64,000 nt of DNA from Hypanus sabinus (taxonomy: Eukaryota). The translations under genes were made by a program, and so were the position numbers. The stretch is from contig NC_082731.1 of NCBI RefSeq assembly GCF_030144855.1, positions 31,930,001 through 31,994,000 on the forward strand, in the 5' to 3' direction. This document shows, piece after piece, positions 49,816 through 61,420 of this stretch. Every line of letters begins with the position of its first letter. Position 1 is the stretch's first letter. The notes beneath the pieces were generated by a model. The model worked only from the letters and a program-made list of their open reading frames with translations. It was not told the origin of the DNA and made no database searches.

Positions 49816-50699
49816 GAGGGTGCGCTGTGCCGTAGGAGGTAGCCATGCAGGAAGATGCGGCCATTGAGAGTTTGCCCACTGAAGTAAAGTTTATTGCTCG
49901 ACACTGTGAGCATCGAGGCGAGGACAGAGATGGCAGCAGTGGGATTACCTGCCACAGCAGACAATTCACCCTCCACACCGTCCCATCACACACTCCCGGG
50001 GTCAGTCACAGAGTGAATCTCCCTCCACACCATCCCATCACACACTCCCGGGGTCAGACACAGAGTGAATCTCCCTCCACACCATCCCATCACACACTCC
50101 CGGGGTCAGTCACAGAGTGAATCTCTCTCCACACTGTCCCATCACACACTCCCGGGGTCAGACACAGAGTGGAGCTGTTCTGATTGTGCTGGGAGAAATT
50201 GAGGGAAAACTGCTTTATGAAGGTCTTGAATTACTTGGAAATTGGTTTGAAACGTCCCTCGAAAATCTAAGTGAGTGGCTGGTTTAGAGTGGAAGCTTCG
50301 TTTAGAGTTTTTCTGCCAGCTTGGACTGGGTTCGTTGACGGCTTCGAACTGCATAGCACCCAGCTGTGGCTGCTGGCAACTCGCCAGGAAGCAGGTTTGC
50401 TCCAAAAACCGGAGACAAATGATGTTGTTTGTCCCCACTGACATCGGGACAACCTCCTTCCATCTCTATCGTCGGGATTCTCGTTCGGTGTTGGAGCCGA
50501 AACATCGTTTGAGACATCTCGACCTCTCACGGCCTGGAAGTTCGGCAGGACTAACGGAGCCTTTCCTGGTGTTGGAATTTCTGGCACAGAGCCAGCAAGG
50601 TACCGTCGAGTACAAACTTTTCCCGCCAGTTACTCAACTCACTCCAAGACTTTATAACCAGCAGCACCGTATCATTCTCGGTTCGGACACACAAGTAAC

Positions 50700-52724
50700 A
50701 TGCCGGACCAGTCTGCAGGGAGTCGCAGGCATTCGGGGAGTTATGCAAAGGCGGCTGCCTCTCCGGCCTCGGACAACGCCCTGTTTCAGACGGTGAAAGT
50801 TGAACGCGGGGTGGAATGTATTTTGCGAACTGGAACTACCCTGGAAAAGTGCGCGGAGGCCACGGAGGACTTGTTGGGGAGAGATGGTGTTTTGGCCGCT
50901 GAGAAAGAGTTCGGGAAGGTGGTGTTTTACCTGAGGAATGATGAGTTGGTGCATCGGGCCCTCAGTAGAGGGATCACGGTGGAGAACATCTTTTTACAGA
51001 TGGAGCTAGTGACAGCTCCCACACAACGCATCGTCCTCGGTCACGTACAGCCTTTCATCCCCAACGAGGACCTGCTTCCCGCACTGGCCCGCTTGGGGCA
51101 AGTACGGTCAGAAATAACTGCCATCAGGCACAAATTCCAGAGGCGCACCCTCAGGACCGTAATTTATTTCCGGCGAAAGGTATTCATGAAACTGGAAAAG
51201 GAGGACGAAGTTGAGGGCCAGTTTACTGTCCGGCACGAGGGGGTAGATTATCAGGTGTATTGGAGCTCGGAGCGCCCAAGGTGCCATGCGAGCGGGGAGG
51301 TGGGGCACTTTCGGAGGGACTGTCCTAGCACCCGAAAACCCAGGGAGTCCACTTCGGGAACCAGTGCCCCAGCTAACTCTGCCCCTGTTCCCATTCCTGC
51401 TCCTACACCTGTGCCGGCACCTGCTCCTGCCCCTGACCCTGTCTCTAACCCTGTCCCTGTTCCTACGTCTGTTCCAGTCTGCTCCTACCCCTGTGGTTCA
51501 GGCGGGTGGTCCTGGGGCTACGTGCGGGGAGGTTCAGGCGAGGGACGGGGTGGAGTCTGTGCGGGGCTAGAAAGCGAGGAAGAAGTCAAAACACGTGAAG
51601 TAGTCAGCCCCTGAGACCGCAGAGCTCACATCCATTTGCCCTGAGGTGGAGAGGGAGGCTCGGGGAAGCGTACGGTTGGACGGGGCGATAGAAGCGGGGA
51701 GTACCGCTCCATCGGTGAATTCCGTACCTGTGTGCTCCTCTGGCTTGAAGAGGAGATGGGATTGTTCCCCCAAGAGAGCAGAGAATGCAGATGAGGGGGA
51801 GTCCCAGAAAGGGGTAGGGATCCGAGTGGAAGTTGTGTCTAACCCTGAATCCCCAGATGTAGCCATCAGTCCTGTTGTGGGTGGTGTGGTTGTGCATGAA
51901 GCTAGTGCTGGGCCTGTTTGCGCATCTAAAACAGACCTGGAGCCCTCCACCCAGGACTTAGCAGTAAGCGCCTCCCTGGAGGGAAATGTATTAAGTAGTA
52001 CAAGTGGAGAGGAGACCAGGCTCTCTCACAGTCAGCATCAGGCTGCCGGTGAATCCATTGGACCAGAGCTGCTGGGGTCCCCTTCATACCAGTCTCCTGG
52101 GGAGGGTGCTATACCCTGCATGCCGACCCCATCAACTAATGGCCTGCAGGGAGTCCCTTGGGGTTTTCCCTCCATCATCGCAACTGTGGGTAAGACTGAT
52201 GCGACGGTGGAGCGGGAAGGTATGAGGGAGGTACCCGCTGTGCAGTGTAGGTTACAGGGGCAGCCACCTTATACACCACATGAGGAGGACAGTGGGGGAT
52301 CTGTCTGCAGTGAGGGGTTGGAGGGGGATTCATTTGATAGCTAGACAATGGACATCCTCACCCCTCCAGAGAAATCCCCATTGATACCTGTGGAGGAGAT
52401 CAGCCTCCTAAACTAGCCTCGCTTCGCTGGCCTAGCATGCCGAGGCTGGTGAAGTCCCTGAGGGTCATCCTCAGACAGAAGGGGAAGGAGAAGAGGAATG
52501 CTGTGTCAGGGAATGACAGGCGGCAGCTGAAATCCTTCCTGGATGACCTGGTGCGGGACATCAGGATGAAAAGCAGCCTTGCTCCTTCGGGAGATGGTGG
52601 GTCACAGGGTAGCGATGGTAGCAGTTGGGCCCGGAAAGCAAAGGATATTCTTGGTTTTCTTTGGGATAGTGCGGCTGAGTGTGCCATCGCTCTCAGTGGG
52701 AAGGGGACTGGTGCTGAGGCCTAG
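50700..52724 (+). pseudogene. Tx1 ORF1 (frameshifted)
   Basis: ORF 50700-51614 has CHASGEVGHFRRDC (CCHC-like knuckle) and a Pro/Ala-rich stretch. It continues in other frames (51646-52344, 52437-52724) up to the ORF2 start. Confidence 0.75.
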
Positions 52725-52736
52725 TGTGCTCCCGAC

Positions 52737-55700
52737 ATGAAAGTTACCATAGCTAGTCTCAATGTAAACGGTAGCAGGGGTCCTCTCCACAGATATAACA
52801 ATCTCTCAGTCCTCAGGGATGGGAGATACGCGGTGAGTTTCCTGCAGGAAACCCATACCACTCCGGGAGATGAGTCCGCTTGGCTCCTAGAGTGGCAGGG
52901 CAGGGTCTACATGAGTCACCTTAGCTCCAACTCTAACGAGGTGGCGATCCTGTTGGCCCCAACCTTCCGGCCAGAAATCGTAGGAGTCCAAGATGTTGTG
53001 CCCGGCCGTCTGCTCCACCTGGCTGTGCGCCTGGATGGAGTACAGTTGCATTTTATCAACGTGTACGCTCCGAGGCGCGGGGTGATGCAGACACGCCTAT
53101 TCTGTCAGCTGTCCACCTTGCTGAGTTCCATCGATCCTGGGGACTGCGTCATCCTCGGGGGAGACTTCAACTGTACCCTCGAGGTGGAGGACCACTTGGG
53201 CCTCCAACGTGACCCAGCATCGGCGAAAAAGTTAAAGGAGCTAGTCGGCTCCTTTGACTTGGTGGACAGCTGGCGGAATCTTCACCCCGACTCTAGCGCC
53301 TTCTCCAGAAGATCTAGAGAGGGGGGGTTCCTGGATAGACCGCCTGTATATCTCTCGGGCTTATGTCTCCCGCGTGTCGGCGTCCTCCATGCGGCTGGTG
53401 TTGTGCTCGGATCATCACCTTGTGTGGATGGAATTTACTCCTCTGCACCCTTGGGTGGGATCTGGGTATTGGCACTTTAACAACTGGCTGCTGGAGGACA
53501 GCCGATTCCGGGATTCATTCCGAGCATTCTGGGCCACCTGGAGAGAGAGACGGAGAGAGTTTAGCTCCCTACGGCTGTGGTGGGATGTGGGCAAGGCCCA
53601 CATACAGTTTTTATGTCGGGAGTACACTAGGGGGTCGACAAAGAGGCGGGGCTCTGAGATTGAGCGGCTTGAGAGAGTGTTGCTTGACCTAGAGTCCCGT
53701 CTTGGTTTGACCGGTGGAGACCATCAAACGTGGCAGGAATACCAGGAGAAGAAGGAGGCACTCAGGAATCTGCAGCTTCAGCAGTCCCGAGGTGCATAGG
53801 TGAGGATTTGGACCGCGGCTCATCCTTCTTGTACTCGTTGGAGAAGTGGCGGGGAGTTCAAAAGCAGCTGGTGGAGCTACTGGCTGCTGATGGTTCCTCC
53901 AACATTGATTTTGACGAAATTATCAAGGAAGTCCGCACTTTCTATCGGTCCTTATTCTCACCAGATCCGTCAAATGCGGGGGCGTGCAGTGAGGTCTGGG
54001 AAGATTTGCCAAAGATCAGCCCGGATGACGCAGCGCGTCTGGACGCTCCACTGACTGGGGAGGAGCTGTCTACTGCCCTTCGGCAACTCTGAAGGGGTAA
54101 ATCCCCTGGTTTAGATGGTCTGAGTGTAGAGTTTTATCAGGCTTTTTGGGATGTCCTGGGGGTCGATTACAGCCTTGTTCTAGGGGAGAGCCTAGCTACT
54201 GGGGAAATGCCCCTCTCATGGCGGACAGCTGTCGTGGTCCTGCTGCCCAAGAAGGGAGACCTTCGCCTGCTAAAGAACTGGCACCCAGTCTCCCTCTTGT
54301 GCGCGGACTACAAGGTCTTCACCTGGGCAATGGCCAACCGTCTTGGTTCAGGACTGAGACAGGTGATTCATCCTGACCAATCTTACACAGTCCTGGGCCG
54401 CTCCATCCAGGCCAATGTCCACCTAGTACGGGACCTGATCCACCTGCACCAGGAGACTGGGTCCCCGGCAGCGTTTCTTTCTCTTGACCAGGAGAAGGCG
54501 TTTGACCAGGTAGACCACAGTTTCCTGGTGGGCACTCTGCAGGCCTTTGGGCTCGGACCTCACTTTGTGGCCCGATTTCGACTCCTATACTCTGCCGCAG
54601 AGTGCCTTGTTAAGGTCAATGGATTGCTGGGAGCGCCCATTCCCTTCAGGAGAGGAGTACGTCAGGGATGCCCCATGTACGCGATCTGTGTCGAGCCACT
54701 CCTGAGCCTCCTACGGCGAAGGCTGACAGGTCTGGTTCTGTGTGAACCGGCCATGGAGGTGGTCTTCTCGGCCTACGCCGATGATGTACTCCTCATGATG
54801 ACAGATCCCAATGACCTGCGGAGGATGCGCGAGTGCCAAGACATTTTCTCGGCAGCATCCTCCGCCAGGATCAACTGGGCGAAATGTTCCGGACTCTTAG
54901 TGGGTCAGTGGCAGGTGGACTCCCTGCCGGAGGAGATGAGAGCTTTTGAGTGGAGTACTAGGCGTCTCCTCTATCTGGGAGTCTACCTGAGTCCTTCTGG
55001 GGAGACCTGGCTAGCGAACTGGCAGGACCTGGAGACGAAAGTCATGGCCCGGCTGGGCCGCTGGTCAGGCCTTCTCAGGGTGCTTTCTTATCGAGGCAGG
55101 GTGGTGGTCATAAACCAGCTGGTGGCCTCCATGTTGTGGTATCGGATGGTCACCTTGGCCCCTCCTGCCCCGTTTCTTGTAAGACTGCAGAGGAAGTTAG
55201 TGGACTTCTTCTGGGGCAACAGGAAACACTGGGTCTCTGCAGCGGTCTTGAGTCTCCCAGTGGGATTCGGCGGACAGTCGCTGGTGTGCGTCCGAACGCG
55301 ACTGGCGGCTCTCCGCCTCAGGACTCTGCAGAGATTCCTGGACGCCGAGCACCCACCCAGGTGGCACGTGTTGGTGACCTTCTTCCTCCGGAGGGGCTGC
55401 TGTCTTCATGAAGACATGCGGCTACCACCGGCGGGTGTCAGCCGTACTGCTTTGCGGAGTCTGCCCGGCTTCTATCAGGACCTACTGAGAGTCTGGAACA
55501 TGGTCGCCTCAGGCCGGGAATCCCCTCCTCAGGCGGAGGGCGGGGTCCTGGCTGACCCTTCCCCTACCTCAGTGGCTGTCGGTGTGGCTCAGTTGTGTGG
55601 ACCGACTCAGGCCGAGCTGCTGGTCGGGCCCAGACCCCGCAATCTTCTCCGGGAGCCGTGTCCACACAACTTGAGCCGCCTCTCATCGATACCCACAGTC

Positions 55701-56171
55701 CCATTCAGAGATGCCAGTAGGAGGTATCTTTATGGGCTGCTACTCCACATCCTCCACTTCCTTTCCCTTGTCCACCATCCCGACACGCCATGGCGGTCGG
55801 TCCTTCCACCCAGAGGTGAGGAGGGTCCCCACTGGAAGTCCCTTTACACCGGGGTTCTTCCCATGCACCTGGGGGATCTCGGCTGGAGGGTACTGCATAG
55901 GGCAGTGCCCTGCAATAAGTTTTTCAGTTTGTACATGGACTTCCCACCCACATGCCACTTCTGCGGGCTGGAGGAAACCGTGTACCACATGTACATGGAG
56001 TGTGTGAGGCTGCAGCCTCTTTTTGCGTATTTGCGTGGGCTGCTTCTCGCCTTCTGGCTGCATTTTAGTCCCACCCTGTTTATATATGGTCATCCAGTAA
56101 GGAAGGGGGCATGGAGGGATGAGGATGTCCTAGTCAACTTGCTCCTGGGGCTGGCGAAATACACCATCTGA
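52737..56171 (+). pseudogene. Tx1 ORF2 (endonuclease + reverse transcriptase), broken by stops and frameshifts
   Basis: Successive ORFs 52737-53480, 53254-53799, 53730-54092 and 54207-56171 carry the EN, RT and zinc-finger motifs in order. Confidence 0.9.
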
Positions 56172-56469
56172 GGGTCTTGGAAACGGGTGGCAGGAGGATC
56201 TCCCCAGGCAGACTGCCTGGGAATGTTTAGGGGGTATGTTCGTGCAAGGGTAAATATTGAAAAAGAACTCGTGCAGTCCACAGCGGCCTTACAGCAGTTT
56301 CGAGACCGTTGGGCTCCGCGGGGTGTAAATGCCATCGTGGATAGAGATGGCAACATTCTGGTGTAATGTCTATTGTCTATTTGTAGTGCAGTAATTGTGT
56401 TTGCCACTGTTTTGTATATATTGTATAGCACCGAAATTTGTAATAAAGGATTTTGTAATTAAAAAAAAA

Positions 56470-57075
56470 GGCTCAGACACAGAGTGAAACCCCTTCCACA
56501 CTGTCCCATCACACACTCCCGGGGTCAGACACAGAGTGAAGCTCCCTCCACACCGTCCCATCACACACTCCCGGGGTCAGACACAGGGTGAATCTCCCTC
56601 CACACCGTCCCATCACACACTCCAGGGGTCAGACACTGAGTGAATCTCCCTCCACACCGTCCCATCACACACTCCCGGGGTCAGACAGAGTGAAACTCCC
56701 TCCACACCGTCCCATCACACACTCCCGGGGTTAGTCACAGGGTGAAACTCCCTCCACACCGTCCCATCACACACTCCCGGGGTCAGACACAGAGTGAAAC
56801 TTCCTCCACACCGTCCCATCACACACTCCCAGGGTCAGACACAGAGTGAAACTCCCTCCACACTGTTCCATCACACACTCCCGGGGTCAGACACAGAGTG
56901 AAACTCCCTCCACACCGTCCCATCACACAGTCCCGGGGTCAGACACAGAGTGAATCTCCCTCCACAGCGTCCCATCACACACTCCCGAGGTCAGACACAG
57001 AGTGAATCTCCCTCCACACCGTCCCATCACACACTCATACGGCTGGGCACACAGTGAAGCTCTCTCTGCAGCATC
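56470..57075. repeat. 52-bp family B array, right arm (split by Tx1)
   Basis: Continues the array at about 49965-50171. Confidence 0.9.
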
Positions 57076-57110
57076 CCATCACGTGCTACTGGAGTCAGGC
57101 GCGGACTCAC

Positions 57111-57223
57111 CAATTGGGCTGGACGTTGTGCGGCCTCCCAAACAGTTCAATTTTGCGGGTCCCTGGGGACAGTCGCTCGATCATCCCATAGATCTCGTCT
57201 GGCTTGTGGCTGGTGGATCGGAC
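57111..57223 (-). CDS. METTL3: METTL3 penultimate exon (exon 10), second or displaced copy
   Basis: 113-nt exon between acceptor TTCCACTCCCATTTCCCCACAG and donor GTGAGT. It translates [37 protein letters not shown](W), matching the METTL3 MT-A70 C-terminal segment as I recall it, with no differences seen. Confidence 0.93.
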
Positions 57224-58339
57224 CTGTGGGGAAATGGGAGTGGAAGGGGGGAGCTGTCAGTCACAGAGTAGGTGGGACCCATCCCTGTGACCCACAACCC
57301 CACAGAAGACTGCTGTTCCTCCCCCCTACAGCTGCCCACACGCACAGAAACACAGGAACAGTAGAAAAACAGACACCTCTGCCTCGCATGTCATCCTACT
57401 ACTGTCCCACACCGTCCCTGAATCTTTCCAACATCTCACAGTGACTCCCCCCCACCAATGACAGCCCTCAATAGGGGCAGAGAGTCCCAGAGATCCCCCT
57501 CCCTCTGAGAGAAGACATTTCTGCCCAGCCCTGTGTTCAATGACCAGCCCTCACCCTTCAACCGCGACCCAATGGTGGGAACATCCCAACATCGCTCCCC
57601 CACCCTGCCCTTCCCATCACCTCCACCTCAGGATCTGAGGGGGATGGACAGAGACACCTCTTGTTCTCCTTCACTCCAAAGGAGACAGATCCAGCCCACC
57701 TGAGCCCTCCTGGTGGGTCGACCCATCCTCACTCCCTCCCCGGAACAGCACACCAGTGTCTTTCCTTTCTTCGGAGGTGAGGTCAAGACAAGTTTATTGT
57801 CATTTAACTAAATACACAAATATTGTCAAACAAATCAAGTTTCTCCAGTCCTGGGTGTAAAGCACAGTAGCAAACATTACACACAGAAACTTACGAAGGG
57901 AAGGATCAAACCTACAGATGCTTCATGCATAAATAACAAACTAAAGTGCATAAATTAAATGTTGTAAGGTACAGAACCGATTAACCAGTGACACTTTGAA
58001 TGTGATGCAGCAGGGAGTTCAGAAGCCTCATGGCCTGACCGTTTCCCATCCTGACCGTCCTTCTATCGGAGTCTCCTGCCTGATGGTAGAAAGTCAAAGA
58101 GGATGCTGGATGGATGGGGCGGGATCCTTGATAACACTAACGACCCAGTGTACACAGCGCTCCTGGTAAATGTCCCTGGAGGATGGTGGTGAGACCTCGA
58201 TGACCCTCTCAGCCGTTCAGCTTGTCACCAAACATGGCAACAAACATCTACAGATGTCTACAGTTGCTGTAGCTCACTGGTTGATCACCGTCCGCTACAG
58301 CAATCTCAATGTGCAGGAAAGTAAGACACAAAGAGAAGT

Positions 58340-60310
58340 GGAGCCCAATACATCCCAGACACACCCCCCACCCCCCATCGGGGGTATCTACATGTGTTGC
58401 TACTTCAAAAAAGGCAACGTTCATCATCAAAACCCCCAGCATCCGGGCCACGTGTCTTCTCACAGCTCCCGTCGGGCAGAAGCCAGAAGTCCCACGCCAC
58501 CAGGTTCAGGAACAGCTACTTCCTTCGGCTGTTCAGTTCCTGAACCATCCAGTACAACTCTGATCACTACCTCAGTGCAGCAACAATGTTCTTATCGACT
58601 TCAGGAGGAGGAAACGAGAGGTCCATGAGCCAGTCCTCGTTGGAGGATCAGCAAATTTAAATTCCTCAGACCTGTCCTGGGCCCAGCACACAAGTGCAAT
58701 AATGAAGAAAGCACGGAGCACCTCTACTCCCTGAGGAATTTGCCGAAATTTGGCATGACATGTAAAACTTCGATAGATGTGTAGTGGAGATAATATAGAA
58801 TGGCTGCATCACAGCCCGGTATGGAAACACCAAAGCCCTTGAAAGGAAAATCCTACAAGAGTAATGGATTCGGCCCAGTCCATCACAGGCAAAGCCCTCC
58901 CCACCACTGAGACATCTACGCAAAGCATCGTCACAGGAAAGCAGAGTCCAACATCGTGGACCCCTATCACCCTGGACGTGCTCTCTTCTCACTGCTGCCA
59001 TCAGGAACAAGGTACAGGAGCTTCAGGACTCACACCAGCAGGTTCAGGAACAGTTAACACCCCTCAAACATCAGGCTTTTGAACCAAAGGAGATAACTTC
59101 ACTTGTCCCACCATTAAAATGTTCTCAGAGCCTATCGACTGTCTTTCAAGGACTGTTCGTTCCACGTTCTCAATATTTATTGCTTATTATTTCTTTATTT
59201 TTGTATTTACACCATTTGCTTTTTTTGCACACTGGTTGAACTCCCCAGTTGGTGTGGTCTTTCATTGATTCTGTTATGGTTATTATTCATTATGTATTTA
59301 TTGAGTATGCCTTAGTTATTCACTTACGGGATGTGGGGATCGCCAGCTAGAGAAGGTGGTGATGAGCTGCCTTTTGAACTACTGCAGTCCCTGAGGTGTA
59401 GGTTCACCCACGGTGCTGTTAGGGAGGGGATTCCGTGATTTTGACTGAGCGACAATGAAGGAACGGCGATACGTTTCCAAGTCAGGATAGTGAGTGACTT
59501 GGAGGGGGATTTCCAAGTGGTGGTGTTCCCAGGTATCTGCTGTTCTTGTTCTTCTAGATGGTGATGGTCGTGGGTCTGGAAGGGTGCTGCCTTAGGATCT
59601 CTGATGATTATTGAAAGTAGGCTGACAGGGCGGTAATTGGCTGGGTTGGACTTGCCCTGTTTCTTGTGTACAGGACGTACCTGGGCAATGAATCTCTGGG
59701 TTGAAAATGGTGACATATATGTGTCAAATTGTTGCTGTGATGCGTCCAGTGTGGTAGTGCAGTGGGTAATGCTTGTTGTTCTCATTTTCAGCTGTCACCG
59801 CTAGCAGTCTTGCGAAGAGGAATCAGAATCAGGTTTATTATCACTGGCATGTGACGTGAAATTTGTTAACTTCGCAGCAGCAGTTCAATGCAGTTCTTGC
59901 AAAAAGAAAAATAATAAAATAAAAATAATAATAAATAACAAGTAAATCAATTATGTATATTGAATATATTTTTTAAGTGTGCAAAAACAGAACTACTGTA
60001 TATTAAAAAAGTGAGGTAGTGTTCATGGGTTCAATGTTAATTTAGGAATCGAATGACAGAGGGGAAGAAGCTGTTCCTGAATCGCTGAGTATGTGCCTTC
60101 AGGGTCCTGTACCTCCTTCCTGATGTAGCAGTGAGAATAGGGCATGTCCTGGGTGCTGGGGGTCCTTAATAATGGATGCTGCCTTTCTGAGACACCACTC
60201 CCTGAAGACGTCCTGGGTACTTTGTAGGCTAGTACCCAAGATTGAGGTGACTAGATTTACAACCTTTTGCAGCTTCTTTATCTCCATACCAGACAGCGAT
60301 GCAGCCTGGT
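58340..60310. mobile_element. Rex1-like and other LINE fragments
   Basis: AQSITGKALPT (+), NPANYRPVSLLSII (-) and LRKAASIIKDPQHPGHALFSLL (-). Confidence 0.65.
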
Positions 60311-60799
60311 ATCCCTGTTGAATGTGTAAGTCTCTCCCTGCCAGTACACAGTTTCTCCAACAGCAAGCCTCATGTCGTGCCTCCTTGCTGCCGACACACG
60401 GAAAGTGAACTCCTTTCAGACTCGGGTTGAACTACAGGGGTCAGGGAGGAGGTCTGGCCCCTGCACGTGTAGCACGCAGGCCCACTGGCATTTGTCACGC
60501 CCTGGTGCTCGTAAACCAGATTCCCAACTATGGGTAAATAGCCCCACTGCCTTGTGGGCAGCCTCGGGAGACGAAGGCGACGGGAGTAGATCCAGACAGT
60601 GAATCCGGAATGGAGCCCTTCAGGCGGCTGAACGTCATTGAACATCCTTCCTGCAGCTCCTGCGGCCGAGCTGGTGCCAAACATATTGCTTCATCAGCTT
60701 TCCTTTGGACGACACTGGTGAGGCCGGGAGGGGGATCTTGACGGCTGGGCATCTCAGGATCTCCATACCTCCCGCCCAGGGTTGTGATAATGATGCTAA

Positions 60800-61420
60800 C
60801 TGTAAGATCATAAGACATCTGAGCAGAATTAGGCAATCTGGCCCATTTAGTCTGCTCCGCCATTCAATTATGGCTGCTCCTTTTTTTTTAAATCTCCTCC
60901 TGAACCCCAGTTCTCCCAGCCTTCTCTCTGTAACCTTTGTTGCCATGTCCAATCAAGAACCTATGAACCTCTGTCTTAATTACACCCAACGACCCGGCCT
61001 CCACCGATGCACGTGGCAACAAATTCCACAAATTCAGCACTCTTCGGCTAAATAAGTTTCTCTGCATCTCTGTTTTGAAAAGGTACCCCTCTATCCTGAG
61101 GCTGTGCCCTCTTGTCCTAAAGTCCCCACCATGGGAAACATTCTTTCTATATCTACTCTGTCTAGGCCTTTCAACATTCAAAAGCTTTCAATGAGATCCC
61201 CCCCATCCTTCTGAATTTCAGCAAGTACAGACCCAAAGCCATCAAACGATCCTCGTATGATAACCCTTTCATTGCTGGAATCATCCTTGCGAACCTCCTC
61301 TGGACCCTCTCCAAACCAGCCCATCTTTTCTAAGATGAGGGGCCCAAAACTGTTCACAATATTCAAGGTGAGGCCTCACCAGGGCCTTATAAAGCCTCAG
61401 CATCACATCTCTGCTTTTGT
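60800..61420 (-). mobile_element. CR1 3' fragment
   Basis: [24 protein letters not shown] and FRTRGHSLRIEG. Confidence 0.8.

Larger units (their letters stand above)
50172..56469 (+). mobile_element. Full-length Tx1-clade (L1 group) non-LTR retrotransposon, inactivated
   Basis: ORF1 with a degenerate zinc knuckle; ORF2 with APE endonuclease (MKVTIASLNVNG, GGDFN), RT (DQEKAFD, GVRQGCP, AYADD) and C-terminal CHFC...H...C. Ends in AATAAA plus poly(A). 17-bp TSD GG(G/C)TCAGACACAGAGTG at 50155-50171 and 56470-56486. Confidence 0.93.

Noticed and set aside
33300-57000. TOX4 or SALL2 exons expected from mammalian synteny
   Set aside because: No matching peptides recognised in the window.
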